DNA of 64,000 nucleotides, taken from positions 2,034-66,033 of the forward strand of contig MGSS01000114.1 of assembly GCA_001798595.1 (NCBI GenBank). Reading direction: 5' to 3'. Source of the stretch: Deltaproteobacteria bacterium RIFCSPLOWO2_12_FULL_60_19. Lineage in GTDB: Bacteria > Desulfobacterota > Binatia > UBA9968. Made by a program: the position numbers and the translations under genes. Positions 9,344 through 17,971 of this stretch are shown here, piece after piece. Each line of letters opens with the position of its first letter. The first letter of the stretch is position 1. The notes beneath the pieces are model-generated. The model was not told the origin of the DNA, searched no databases, and worked only from the letters and a program-made list of their open reading frames with translations.

Positions 9344-12163
9344 ATGCGGTCCATTTTAACCAAATTCAGCGGGGAAAGGGCAGTGTGCTGGGCGCTCGTC
9401 CTGGCGTGCACGGCCGTGGTTCTCTGGGTCCGAGCGCTTCCTTCGTCGCTTCCGGCCGCCGAGGAACTTACCGAGAGGATGGCATGGCGCAAAGTGCGGG
9501 AGCGGCTGGCGGCGGAACAGACAAACCGGCCTGCCGGGGAGGAGGGGAAGGCGCGCGTCGAAGAGGCGGCTCGCGAGTGGGTGGAAAATAATCGAGCTGA
9601 ATACGATGCCGCCAAAGCGTCGCTCACGGTCCAGTTGAAATCGGATATGAGCTTCGAAGCCGGAGATGGGCGGCGGTATGCCTATCTCGGCGACTTCGAC
9701 AGCTACGTGTGGCTGCGCAACGCGCGCAACTATCTCCGCCAAGGGACCACGTGCGATGCGGTGGTCGACGGCGAGTGCCGGGACAGCTACGGCCATGCGC
9801 CGGTGGGGTCTCGCATGATCTACAACCGCTCGCTCCACATCGCCGCGATTGTGGGCGTCCATAAACTGGCCACGCTGTTCAATCCCGGCTATCCTCTTTC
9901 GGCGAGCGCGTTTCTCGTGCAAGTCCTGGTCGGGGCGTTGGGGGCGCTCCCCGCCTTCTTCCTCGGCCGCCATTTTGGGGGCAATCTCGGCGGACTCTTT
10001 GCGGCGCTCCTGATATCGCTCCAGCCCGTGTTTCTCTACCGCAGCCTTGGCAGCGACAACGACGTGTGGAACGTGGTGTTGCCGTTGTTTATCGGGTGGG
10101 CGGCGCTCGCGGCGTTAAAATCCCCAAAAATCCTTCTTGCGGGAACCTACGCAGTCCTGGCAGGGGCGTGGACCGGAATCCATGCCTCAGTCTGGCGCGG
10201 GTGGGTTTTTACTTACGCCGTCGTATTGTGCGCCGCGCTCGGCTACTTGGCTCTCGTCGGCATCAGGCAGGCGATGCGTGAGGGGGTGCGGCGCCTGTGG
10301 CAGGCTGAAGAGGTTCGAAAGATCGCCTGCGTGGTCGTGGCTTACTACGTCGCCGCAGGCCTCTTTACGCTGCTCGCCGGCGCCGGCGATTCCGGCTTTT
10401 TCGGTCCGTTGCAGTCCATCGCCGCGGACCTGAGGTCGAGGCTGGACATCAGCGAGAAGGCCGCCACGCGGAACCTTTGGCCGCCGGTGTTCAATACGGT
10501 CGGGGAGCTGAGGAGGCCGTATTCGGAGGGAATCGTGCGGCTGATGGGCGGCGCGCTGTTTTTCTTCGGCGGCTGGCTTGGCCTCTTGTCGCTCCTCCTG
10601 CCCAAGCGAGGCTGGCGATGGCCTGAGTTTACTCTCGCAGGTTCCACGACGGTTCTCCATGTCTTGGGCTATTACGTTTTCGCCGCGAGCGATCTCGGCA
10701 ACGCGGTCGTTCTCTTGTTCGCCCTGTTGCCGGGGGCGTACCTGATCTTTCGGGTATGCAGCCGGAGTTCCGATCGAAACTTCGACCCCGGGCCGGCGCT
10801 GCTGATCCTTGTCTGGTTTATCGTCGCCCTCAGCATGTTTTATTACGGCACCCGTTTTTCGATTCTGTTTGTCGTCCCGTTCGGCGTTGCGTTTGGAGCC
10901 GGCGCCGATCGTGTCCGGCAGTGGCTCGCCGGGCAGATGCTCCGCATGGCGCCGCGCTTTCCGTCGATCGCGAGCGCCGCGAGCTATGCCGTTATGCTGG
11001 CCGTTCTTGCGCCGCCGGTTCTCGCCGGCTATGCGACGGCGAAGAACCATCGGCCGGACATCCATTCGGCGTGGTGGAACAGTCTAGGCAAGATTCGCGA
11101 GGAATCCCGGCCGGACGCCATCGTCAATGTCTGGTGGGACTACGGCTATTGGGCCAAGTACGCGGCCGAGCGGCGAGTCAGCCACGACGGCGGCTCGCTC
11201 CAAACCCACCTTCCCCATTGGTTAGCCAAGGCGCTGGTCGCGCCGACGGAAGCGGAGAGCCGCGGCATCCTGCGGATGCTCGACTGCGGGTCGGATGCCA
11301 CGCCTCTGCCGGAAGGCGCTCAGGGAGCCTATGGCAAGCTCAGGGCGACGGGGCTGGACGACGTCGCAGCCTACGCGATCCTGTTGAAGGTCGTTAAGCT
11401 CAGCCGGGCCGAGGCCGAGCGCTATCTTGCCGACCGGGGGCTGACCCCGGCGCAACAAAGGGACATTCTTGCCGCCACGCACTGCCGGCCTCCCGAGGCA
11501 TTTCTCGTCCTCAGCCGGGACATGATGCGCGCGGAAAAATGGATCAGGCTCGGCACGTGGGACGTGGCGAGAGCCTATCTGGCTCATCGCACGCGGCGGC
11601 TGCCGAGAGACTTGGGCGAGCAGGAGCTTCGAGATCGCTTCGACGCCAGTCCCGCCGAGGCGCGGGCGTTTTACAAGCGGCTCGCGGCGATGGAATCGGC
11701 AACCGAGATAGCCGACTACGTCGCGCCGCCGCAGCGCCTGATATCCAGGGAGTGGGTTTCGTGCGGCAGCGCGGACGGCGGAGCGGAGATGAGTTGCCGG
11801 ATTGCCGTCCCCCACGAGGGACAAACAAAAATTCTCTATTTCTTATACGACCCCGCCTTGCCAAAAGAGGGCAGGTTGAAAGACGACCAGGGCGAAGGCC
11901 GGCCGGCCGTCACTCTCGTGGCCGGAGCCGAGCGGCTGGAAGAGAGCGCCGCTCTGTCGCCGGAGTTTCCCGAGGTGGGCGTGTTGATGGACCCGGCCAA
12001 CCAGCGCATCCTCATCGGCTCGCCGTTGTTGATCCGCTCGACGATAGTGCGCCTGCTTTACCTAGGCGAGCGCTATCCCAAATACTTCAAGCCGTTCGAC
12101 CGCAGGAGCACGCTGCTCGGCGACGAAGTCACAACCTGGAAGATAGAGTGGGAGGGGGAGTAG
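9344..12163 (+). CDS. STT3/AglB/PglB-family oligosaccharyltransferase (GT-C, N-glycosylation)
   Basis: 939 aa with about 13 N-terminal TM helices and a large C-terminal soluble domain. WWDYGYW lies at residues 597-603 (nt 11132..11152). A DGGSLQTHLPHW motif follows it, resembling the eukaryotic/archaeal DNNTWNNTHI (DK-type) region. The first external loop has GDFDSYVWLRNARNY (cf. STT3 DPYFNYR). The second loop has GSDNDVWN (cf. GSYDNE). A 385-nt leader precedes the gene. Confidence 0.8.
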   Translation: MRSILTKFSGERAVCWALVLACTAVVLWVRALPSSLPAAEELTERMAWRKVRERLAAEQTNRPAGEEGKARVEEAAREWVENNRAEYDAAKASLTVQLKSDMSFEAGDGRRYAYLGDFDSYVWLRNARNYLRQGTTCDAVVDGECRDSYGHAPVGSRMIYNRSLHIAAIVGVHKLATLFNPGYPLSASAFLVQVLVGALGALPAFFLGRHFGGNLGGLFAALLISLQPVFLYRSLGSDNDVWNVVLPLFIGWAALAALKSPKILLAGTYAVLAGAWTGIHASVWRGWVFTYAVVLCAALGYLALVGIRQAMREGVRRLWQAEEVRKIACVVVAYYVAAGLFTLLAGAGDSGFFGPLQSIAADLRSRLDISEKAATRNLWPPVFNTVGELRRPYSEGIVRLMGGALFFFGGWLGLLSLLLPKRGWRWPEFTLAGSTTVLHVLGYYVFAASDLGNAVVLLFALLPGAYLIFRVCSRSSDRNFDPGPALLILVWFIVALSMFYYGTRFSILFVVPFGVAFGAGADRVRQWLAGQMLRMAPRFPSIASAASYAVMLAVLAPPVLAGYATAKNHRPDIHSAWWNSLGKIREESRPDAIVNVWWDYGYWAKYAAERRVSHDGGSLQTHLPHWLAKALVAPTEAESRGILRMLDCGSDATPLPEGAQGAYGKLRATGLDDVAAYAILLKVVKLSRAEAERYLADRGLTPAQQRDILAATHCRPPEAFLVLSRDMMRAEKWIRLGTWDVARAYLAHRTRRLPRDLGEQELRDRFDASPAEARAFYKRLAAMESATEIADYVAPPQRLISREWVSCGSADGGAEMSCRIAVPHEGQTKILYFLYDPALPKEGRLKDDQGEGRPAVTLVAGAERLEESAALSPEFPEVGVLMDPANQRILIGSPLLIRSTIVRLLYLGERYPKYFKPFDRRSTLLGDEVTTWKIEWEGE

Positions 12164-12165
12164 GT

Positions 12166-13275
12166 CTACCATCGGCCTTTCATGATCTCCTCGCAGGCGG
12201 CGACTAAGTTCTCCGCCGCGTCGAGCTCGATGGGAAGTTTGGCCGGGCTGGATGAATGCTTTCGGGATTCGTAGTCGCGGAAAAATGAGACGATCTCGGA
12301 CGCCAGCGAATTGACTTCCCACTCTTCTTCCCGGACCCACAACCCTTCCCCCGCTTCTGCAAAGGCCATCGCATTTGGAATCTGGTGATCGGAGGCGGCG
12401 GTGGAGAGAGGCACCAGCAGAGCGGGCAAATTACAGACCCGCAGCTCGGAAATGGTCTGCGATCCGGCGGAGCAGATAGCAAAATCCGCCCAGACGTAGG
12501 CCCCGGCCATGTCGTCAATAAAGGTTGTCACCGACGCGACGACGCCCGCCCGGCTGTAAGCGGAGCGGGTGGGTTCTAAAGAGACCTCGCCCGCCTGGTG
12601 CAGCACCTCAGGAACAAGACCATGCTTTGCAACTTCGGGCAGCAACGCGGGGACGCTGCGATTTAAAAAATTTGATCCGCCGGAGCCGCCGGTGACCAGG
12701 ATTCGCATGCGTGAGCCGGAGAGATCAGAGATGGTCGTTTTTTTGTGCCTGACGGAGACGATCTCTTGACGGACGGGATTGCCGGTCACTATTGTGCGGG
12801 ATTTGGGAAACGCCGATTGGGTCTTCTCGAAAGCGAGATAGATTCTGTCGACCAGACGGCCGAGCCATTTGTTAGTCAGACCGGGAACAACATTGGCCTC
12901 GTGGATCGCGGTGCGTAGTCCCAGGCTCAGCGCGGCGAGTAGGGCACCCCCCGAAGCGTAGCCTCCGAAGCCGATGACCAACTTTATTTTCTTTGTTTTA
13001 AACAGCTGTCGCGCCTGCGCCGTTCCCGCCGCCATGCTTCCCAGAGCGCGAATTTTTCCGCCGACGCCCTCGCCGAGCAGCGGCCCTCCCTGGATCAGTT
13101 CCAGATGGTAGCCGTGGGCCGGAATCAGGCGGGATTCGAGACCGCTCGCCGTGCCGATGAACAAAAATTCCGTCTCCGGGAAAATCCGGTGATACGCATC
13201 CGCCAGCGCCAAGGCCGGATAGACGTGGCCCGCCGTGCCGCCGGCGGCAATGGCTATTCTTCTCTGTGTCGCCAT
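12166..13275 (-). CDS. MurG-like GT28 UDP-GlcNAc transferase (candidate Alg13/Alg14-equivalent adding second GlcNAc; genuine peptidoglycan MurG not excluded)
   Basis: 369 aa. MurG motifs: IAIAAGGTAGHVYPALA, GFGGYASGGALLAALSLGLRTAIHEANVVPGLTNKWL, ILVTGGSGGS, AYVWADFAICSAGSQTISE..LPALLVP. There is no mraY/murD/ftsW/murC context. The gene sits divergently against the ALG1-like gene inside the glycosylation cluster. Confidence 0.75.
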   Translation of the reverse strand: MATQRRIAIAAGGTAGHVYPALALADAYHRIFPETEFLFIGTASGLESRLIPAHGYHLELIQGGPLLGEGVGGKIRALGSMAAGTAQARQLFKTKKIKLVIGFGGYASGGALLAALSLGLRTAIHEANVVPGLTNKWLGRLVDRIYLAFEKTQSAFPKSRTIVTGNPVRQEIVSVRHKKTTISDLSGSRMRILVTGGSGGSNFLNRSVPALLPEVAKHGLVPEVLHQAGEVSLEPTRSAYSRAGVVASVTTFIDDMAGAYVWADFAICSAGSQTISELRVCNLPALLVPLSTAASDHQIPNAMAFAEAGEGLWVREEEWEVNSLASEIVSFFRDYESRKHSSSPAKLPIELDAAENLVAACEEIMKGRW

Positions 13276-13304
13276 CTTATGTGGAAGTGGATTCGCGGCT
13301 CAGT

Positions 13305-13318
13305 TATATTATAATATA
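13305..13318. promoter_or_regulatory. Perfect 14-nt AT palindrome TATATTATAATATA in the 58-bp divergent region between the MurG-like and ALG1-like genes (shared -10/operator candidate)
   Basis: Seen directly in the sequence. It is the only AT-only stretch within about 3 kb of GC-rich DNA. It lies between ATG 13275 (minus strand) and ATG 13334 (plus strand). Confidence 0.4.
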
Positions 13319-13333
13319 GCCGCGCGCTCTGCT

Positions 13334-14653
13334 ATGGCATCCAAACAGGGAACCCGTGTAACCGTCATCGTGCTCGGCGATCTGGGCCGCAGCCCGCGCA
13401 TGAGATACCATGCTCTCGCGCTCGCCGACAGCGGCGTCCAGGTGGATCTGATCGGCTACGCGGGCAGCGCTCTACCGCGGGCGTTGTGCGGCCATCCGCG
13501 GATACGTTGCCATCTGATGGCGCCAATGCCGCTTCGGTTTCTCAATCGCTTTAAAAACGCGCTCTTCCCAGCCGTTTCGCTTGTGAAAATCGTCGTGCAG
13601 GCCGCGCGTCTTTTGTGGCTGCTGCTGTTCGTCGTCGGCAAGCCCGATGCCGTTCTGGTCCAAAATCCCCCGGCGGTTCCGACGCTCATGGTTGCGCTGT
13701 TGTCCGCCCGGCTGCGGTCCGCGAGGCTGATTATCGACTGGCACAATTTCGGCTACACGATGCTCGCTTTGAAATTAGGGTCGTCCAGTTTGATTGTTCG
13801 ATGGATGCGCCGGCACGAGCGGGCGTTGGGCCGCCGCGCGGACGCGCACCTCTGCGTCTCGCGCGCGATGCAGCTCGAATTAGAAAATCACTGGGGGTTC
13901 TCCAAGGCGACTCTGCTCTATGATCGCCCGGCGGCCGGTTTCATGTCCGCCGAGCCGGATGAGCGTCGCGCGCTGCTCCACCGCCTCACGTCCGTCTCGG
14001 CTCTCGTGCCCACGCAGTATCGCCTGGATGCGCCGGCGCGGCCGGCGATCCTCGTCAGCGCGACGAGCTGGACGCAGGATGAAGATTTTGATTTGCTTCT
14101 CGACGCGCTCGCTCGGTGCGATCGGGCCCTTCGACCGTTCGACGGGGCTTACGGCTCAGGGCAGGCCGTCCGCGAGCGCAAACGACTTCCGTTCCCGCGC
14201 CTCCTGATGTTAATCACCGGCGACGGTCCCCTGCGCGAGTCCTATGAAGCCCGCATCCGCGGCATGTCCCTCAACCGCATTCACGTGCAGACGCTCTGGC
14301 TGTCGCCGGAAGATTATCCGCTCTTGCTCCGGGCCGCCGACCTCGGCGTCTGCCTGCACCGGTCTTCGTCCGGGCTCGACCTTCCGATGAAAGTGGCGGA
14401 CATGCTGGGCTCCGGTCTGCCCGTCTGCGCGCTCGACTACGGCCCCTGTCTCGGGGAGCAGCTCCGACACGGCGAGAACGGCCTTCTTTTTTCCGACAGC
14501 GGCGGACTGGCGGAGCAAATCTTGGACTTATTCAATGGATTTCCGGATGAGAGCCCTTTGCTCGATCGATTGCGATGTAACATCTTAGGCTCAACCCGGC
14601 GTCGTTGGTCGGAGGAGTGGCGGGACGCGGCGTTCTCGACCATTATCGGATAG
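13334..14653 (+). CDS. ALG1-like beta-1,4-mannosyltransferase (GT33 family; chitobiosyl-diphospho-polyprenol mannosyltransferase candidate)
   Basis: The similarity to eukaryotic ALG1 covers most of the length (about 40-470 of 472 aa). Matching motifs include PRMRYHALALADSG..V.LIGY (ALG1 PRMQYHALSLA), LVQNPPAVP....ARLIIDWHNFGYTML (ALG1 LQNPPGLP...KLVIDWHNYGYSIM), LCVSRAM..L...W, ILVSATSWTQDEDFDLLLDAL (ALG1 LLVSSTSWTEDEDFSILL), MLITGDGPLRESY, and WLSPEDYPLLLRAADLGVCLHRSSSGLDLPMKVADMLGSGLPVCALDY (near-identical to ALG1). The ORF track starts at 13235. That longer form would add a hydrophobic N-terminal segment, but it would overlap the divergent gene and include the AT palindrome, so ATG 13334 is preferred. 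Confidence 0.78.
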   Translation: MASKQGTRVTVIVLGDLGRSPRMRYHALALADSGVQVDLIGYAGSALPRALCGHPRIRCHLMAPMPLRFLNRFKNALFPAVSLVKIVVQAARLLWLLLFVVGKPDAVLVQNPPAVPTLMVALLSARLRSARLIIDWHNFGYTMLALKLGSSSLIVRWMRRHERALGRRADAHLCVSRAMQLELENHWGFSKATLLYDRPAAGFMSAEPDERRALLHRLTSVSALVPTQYRLDAPARPAILVSATSWTQDEDFDLLLDALARCDRALRPFDGAYGSGQAVRERKRLPFPRLLMLITGDGPLRESYEARIRGMSLNRIHVQTLWLSPEDYPLLLRAADLGVCLHRSSSGLDLPMKVADMLGSGLPVCALDYGPCLGEQLRHGENGLLFSDSGGLAEQILDLFNGFPDESPLLDRLRCNILGSTRRRWSEEWRDAAFSTIIG

Positions 14654-14753
14654 TGACGGTTTTCCCGTTCGCTCTGGCAACGGGCTTGGGGGCCATTTTG
14701 CACGGCGTGGCGGAACCGGATAGAAGCCGGCCTTAACGTAGCCGGATGTAACT

Positions 14754-16595
14754 TTGATGATAGCGCAACTCAAAAAATGCCGGGCGTTATTATCGCCGCG
14801 CACGCGCTGGCGCTGGGCCGCGTTGATTCCGCTGGCGGTGGCGGCGGCGGCAATGGAAGCGTTGGGCGCCGCGGCGGTCTTTTTTCTCATCAAAGTTCTT
14901 AGCGATCCGACGCAAGCGACCGCCTACCCGCTCGTCTCCTCGCTCATCGCCATGCTCCCATGGCACAGCAGCGAGACGGTCGTGCCATCGCTCACGTTCC
15001 TCGTGGCCGTTTTCTATCTGTTCAAAAACAGCCTGTTGGCCTGTGTGACGTACGCGCAGAGGAAGGTGGTGAGCGACTCCCAGGCCGCGCTGGCACGCCG
15101 GATGCTCCAGGGCTATCTCGCGCTGCCGTACGCGGCGCACCTGCGCCGCAACTCGGCGGAGCTGGTGCGCAACATGACGGATTCGGTTCACAAAACCTTC
15201 CACAATGTTCTGTTGCCGGCCTTGGGAGTCGTCACGGAGCTGTTGGTGGTCATAGGCATCATCATCGTGCTGATGGCCACGGCCCCGTGGGTGACGCTGA
15301 TCGCGGTGGGAGTGTTGTTCAGCGCGATGGCCGCGCTATTGAAGCTGACGCGCTATCGCATCGCGCGATGGGGCGCCCAGGAACAGGGGCTGAGAAAGGA
15401 CACGCTCCAGAGTTTGCATCAGAGCATGGGCGGGCTGAAAGAGATCAAGGTGATGGGTCGCGAGCGATTCTTCTACGCCAGGTTTTCCCGCTTGCAGCAA
15501 GCGCTCGCCGACGTCACTTGTTTTTATGAAACCCTCGCTTACATCCCTCCGCTCCTGGTGGAGATGATCTTCGTCTTCGGCATGGTGGTGGTGATCCTGT
15601 CGATCACGGCGCGAGGCGGTCCGGGAGAGAACGCCATTCCGCTGCTTGGGCTTTGCGCGTACGGCGGCTTCCGGGTCATGCCGGCCGTGAACCGGGTTCT
15701 TAGGCATTTGAACCATATCCGGTTCGGCACGGCGGCGATCGATCAGCTTTACCGCGACCTCAAGCTGTTCGACGACAATCCCGGCGGCGGTCTAGGTCCA
15801 TCCGGGGAAAAAGGCACCCGATTCGCGGATCGGATCGTGCTCGAGCGGGTACGCTACACCTACGAAGGCAGCGCGACGCCGGCCCTGCGCGAGATCGACC
15901 TCACTATTCGTTGCGGCGAATCCGTTGGGATTGTCGGTCCAACCGGCTCGGGGAAAAGCACCTTGATCAATGTCATCCTCGGCCTCCTGCGTCCGTCGTC
16001 GGGACGGCTGACGGTCGATGGCAGGGATGCCTTCGATAATCTCCGTCTCTGGCAGCGCAAAATCGGCTTTGTGCCGCAGGAGATCTATCTCACCGACGAC
16101 AGCCTGCGCCGCAACATCGCTTTTGGGCTGGAGGACGAAGAGATCGACGAGCGACAGGTGAAAGCGGCCATCCGCCTGGCGCAGCTCGAGGACCTGGTAG
16201 CGTTGTTGCCGCTCGGCCTCGACACCGTAATCGGCGAACGGGGCATACGGCTGTCGGGCGGCGAGCGCCAGCGCGTGGCGATCGCGCGGGCGCTCTATCA
16301 CGAGCCGGAACTGCTGGTGTTCGACGAAGCGACCTCGGCCTTGGACAACCAGACCGAACGCGCGGTCTCCCGCGCGATCGACGCCTTGCAAGGCAACAAA
16401 ACTCTGATTCTTATCGCCCACCGGTTGAGCACCGTGCGCAAGTGCGGCCGCCTGATATTTTTGTGCGCCGGCCGGGTGGCCGGCAGCGGCACCTTCGAAC
16501 AACTGTTGCAGACCAACAGAGAGTTCCGCGAGCTGGTCGCCAGCTACGATCCCGCCGACGCCGCTGCTACCGAGATCCCGCCGGGCCGGATGTAG
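14754..16595 (+). CDS. ABC exporter, fused permease plus ATPase (MsbA/PglK/Wzk-like; candidate lipid-linked oligosaccharide flippase)
   Basis: 613 aa. The N-terminal domain has six TM helices. Walker [13 protein letters not shown] signature [15 protein letters not shown], Walker [13 protein letters not shown], and the H-loop are all present. Confidence 0.85.
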   Translation: MMIAQLKKCRALLSPRTRWRWAALIPLAVAAAAMEALGAAAVFFLIKVLSDPTQATAYPLVSSLIAMLPWHSSETVVPSLTFLVAVFYLFKNSLLACVTYAQRKVVSDSQAALARRMLQGYLALPYAAHLRRNSAELVRNMTDSVHKTFHNVLLPALGVVTELLVVIGIIIVLMATAPWVTLIAVGVLFSAMAALLKLTRYRIARWGAQEQGLRKDTLQSLHQSMGGLKEIKVMGRERFFYARFSRLQQALADVTCFYETLAYIPPLLVEMIFVFGMVVVILSITARGGPGENAIPLLGLCAYGGFRVMPAVNRVLRHLNHIRFGTAAIDQLYRDLKLFDDNPGGGLGPSGEKGTRFADRIVLERVRYTYEGSATPALREIDLTIRCGESVGIVGPTGSGKSTLINVILGLLRPSSGRLTVDGRDAFDNLRLWQRKIGFVPQEIYLTDDSLRRNIAFGLEDEEIDERQVKAAIRLAQLEDLVALLPLGLDTVIGERGIRLSGGERQRVAIARALYHEPELLVFDEATSALDNQTERAVSRAIDALQGNKTLILIAHRLSTVRKCGRLIFLCAGRVAGSGTFEQLLQTNREFRELVASYDPADAAATEIPPGRM

Positions 16596-17745
16596 ACGCG
16601 GCATCGAATTCGTTTACGATTTCCCGGATGCGGCGGATGAAATGATCGACGGAGAACAACGACTTCTGCCCGCTTAAATGGGAGCGCAGAGAGAACCGCA
16701 AGTCCGCGTCGGTCATCGCCCGGATAATTTTTGTCGCCGCCTCCTCACGTGTCCCGTATAAGAGACGATCCTCTTTTCCGATAATTTCCGTCAGGCCGCC
16801 GCCGCGGGGGGCGAAGACGATGCAGCCCCCCTGGATCATCTCCGCCACCGCCATCCCGAAGTGCTCCTCTTCCATGCCGTGAATGCCGTAGCGGTGGGTC
16901 GAGACCAACCGGACGAGCCGTTCGCGCGGGACATCCTCTTCAAAAAAGATCCAAGAGGCGTTGGCTCGCACGCGCCGCAGGATGCGCTCGTAGTAATGTC
17001 GGGGATCGTCGCGGCTGCCTATAAGGTGCAGATGGAGATCGGAGCCGCCGCTTCTCAGCCAGGCCAGAATGTCGATAATCTTATCCAGTTCCTTTTCGGG
17101 AGCGATCCGGCCGATGCAGACGAAACCGTTTTCACGCTCCTGCCACGGGATGTCGGGAAAATCGGCGGCAATGGGCGGGTAAAGCACGATGCTTTCGATG
17201 CCATGCCGCTCTCTCACTTTGCTGCCGGTCCAGGCCGAGTTCACGAGGGTGAGATTCTGCCGCATCTGGTCAAAGGAAAATCCCGCAACCTGCGCGCACA
17301 AGCGATGATAGGCGTTCACCACACCCGGAAAGCGGTGGTACCAACTTAAGTCCGCCGGCGGACGGGGCAGGCACGCCCACGGGAAATGGATATATTGGAT
17401 TCCAGGACGGCCAAAGTCGGCTTCGTTGTTGGCCGTGATGATAACGTCATAATCGTTCTTCAACTTTTTGCAGAAGCGCAGCAAGAGATGGTTCTTCAAC
17501 AAGCTTGCCGGCGTGGGAACCAGGGCCAGGAGCCGGCGCAGAGCCGGGGGGACGCCATAGGCCCGGAAGTCCGCCGCGCTGAGCGCGGTGCCGTAGTAAC
17601 GATTGATCGAGTCGAGGTGGACGGGCTCCCACGTCAGCAGCGAAACGGCGTGGTCCCGTTTCAGGGCCTCGACGATCCAGACGGCGACCCCATTGCCTCC
17701 TCCCGGCGGCTGCATCGACGGCTGAACCAGCAGAATTGTTTTCAT
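16567..17745 (-). CDS. GT4 (GT-B) glycosyltransferase, Alg2/Alg11-type mannosyltransferase candidate
   Basis: Track ORF 16567..17811. The preferred start is ATG 17745 (MKTILLVQPS...PPGGGNGVAVW), which matches the GT4 N-terminus. The C-terminal EEHFGMAVAEMIQGGCIVFAPRGGGLTEII matches the GT4 E.FG...E.M..G.P.....GG..E motif. A 29-nt convergent 3' overlap with the ABC gene is present. Confidence 0.72.
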   Translation of the reverse strand: MKTILLVQPSMQPPGGGNGVAVWIVEALKRDHAVSLLTWEPVHLDSINRYYGTALSAADFRAYGVPPALRRLLALVPTPASLLKNHLLLRFCKKLKNDYDVIITANNEADFGRPGIQYIHFPWACLPRPPADLSWYHRFPGVVNAYHRLCAQVAGFSFDQMRQNLTLVNSAWTGSKVRERHGIESIVLYPPIAADFPDIPWQERENGFVCIGRIAPEKELDKIIDILAWLRSGGSDLHLHLIGSRDDPRHYYERILRRVRANASWIFFEEDVPRERLVRLVSTHRYGIHGMEEEHFGMAVAEMIQGGCIVFAPRGGGLTEIIGKEDRLLYGTREEAATKIIRAMTDADLRFSLRSHLSGQKSLFSVDHFIRRIREIVNEFDAASTSGPAGSR

Positions 17746-17971
17746 CGGAGAACTTGAGATGCGAGTGACTTGCAATCCGTGCGCCTCGCGCCACGGAAAC
17801 TTAGCACACAAAACGAAAGATTGTGAACTGCCGGGGCTTCGCGGGTGAGCATCTCCGTCGCCGCGTTACGGTTTGGCCTTGACTTAGGCGCGGTTGTTCC
17901 CTACTCTTTTTTCTGAGTTTGGTTACTTACGGGACTTTGAGTCGCCGGCTTCGGCGTTCCGGCCAAAAAAC

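Noticed and set aside
13235-13333. Longer ALG1-like start adding a hydrophobic N-terminus
   Set aside because: It would overlap the divergent MurG-like start codon region and translate through a 14-nt AT palindrome. It is kept as an alternative, because eukaryotic ALG1 does have such an anchor.
17812-17971. GC hairpin GCCGGCTTCGGCGTTCCGGC followed by A-run upstream of tRNA-Leu, as terminator
   Set aside because: The A-run is on the wrong side for a plus-strand terminator. On the minus strand the U-run precedes the stem. Not a canonical intrinsic terminator.
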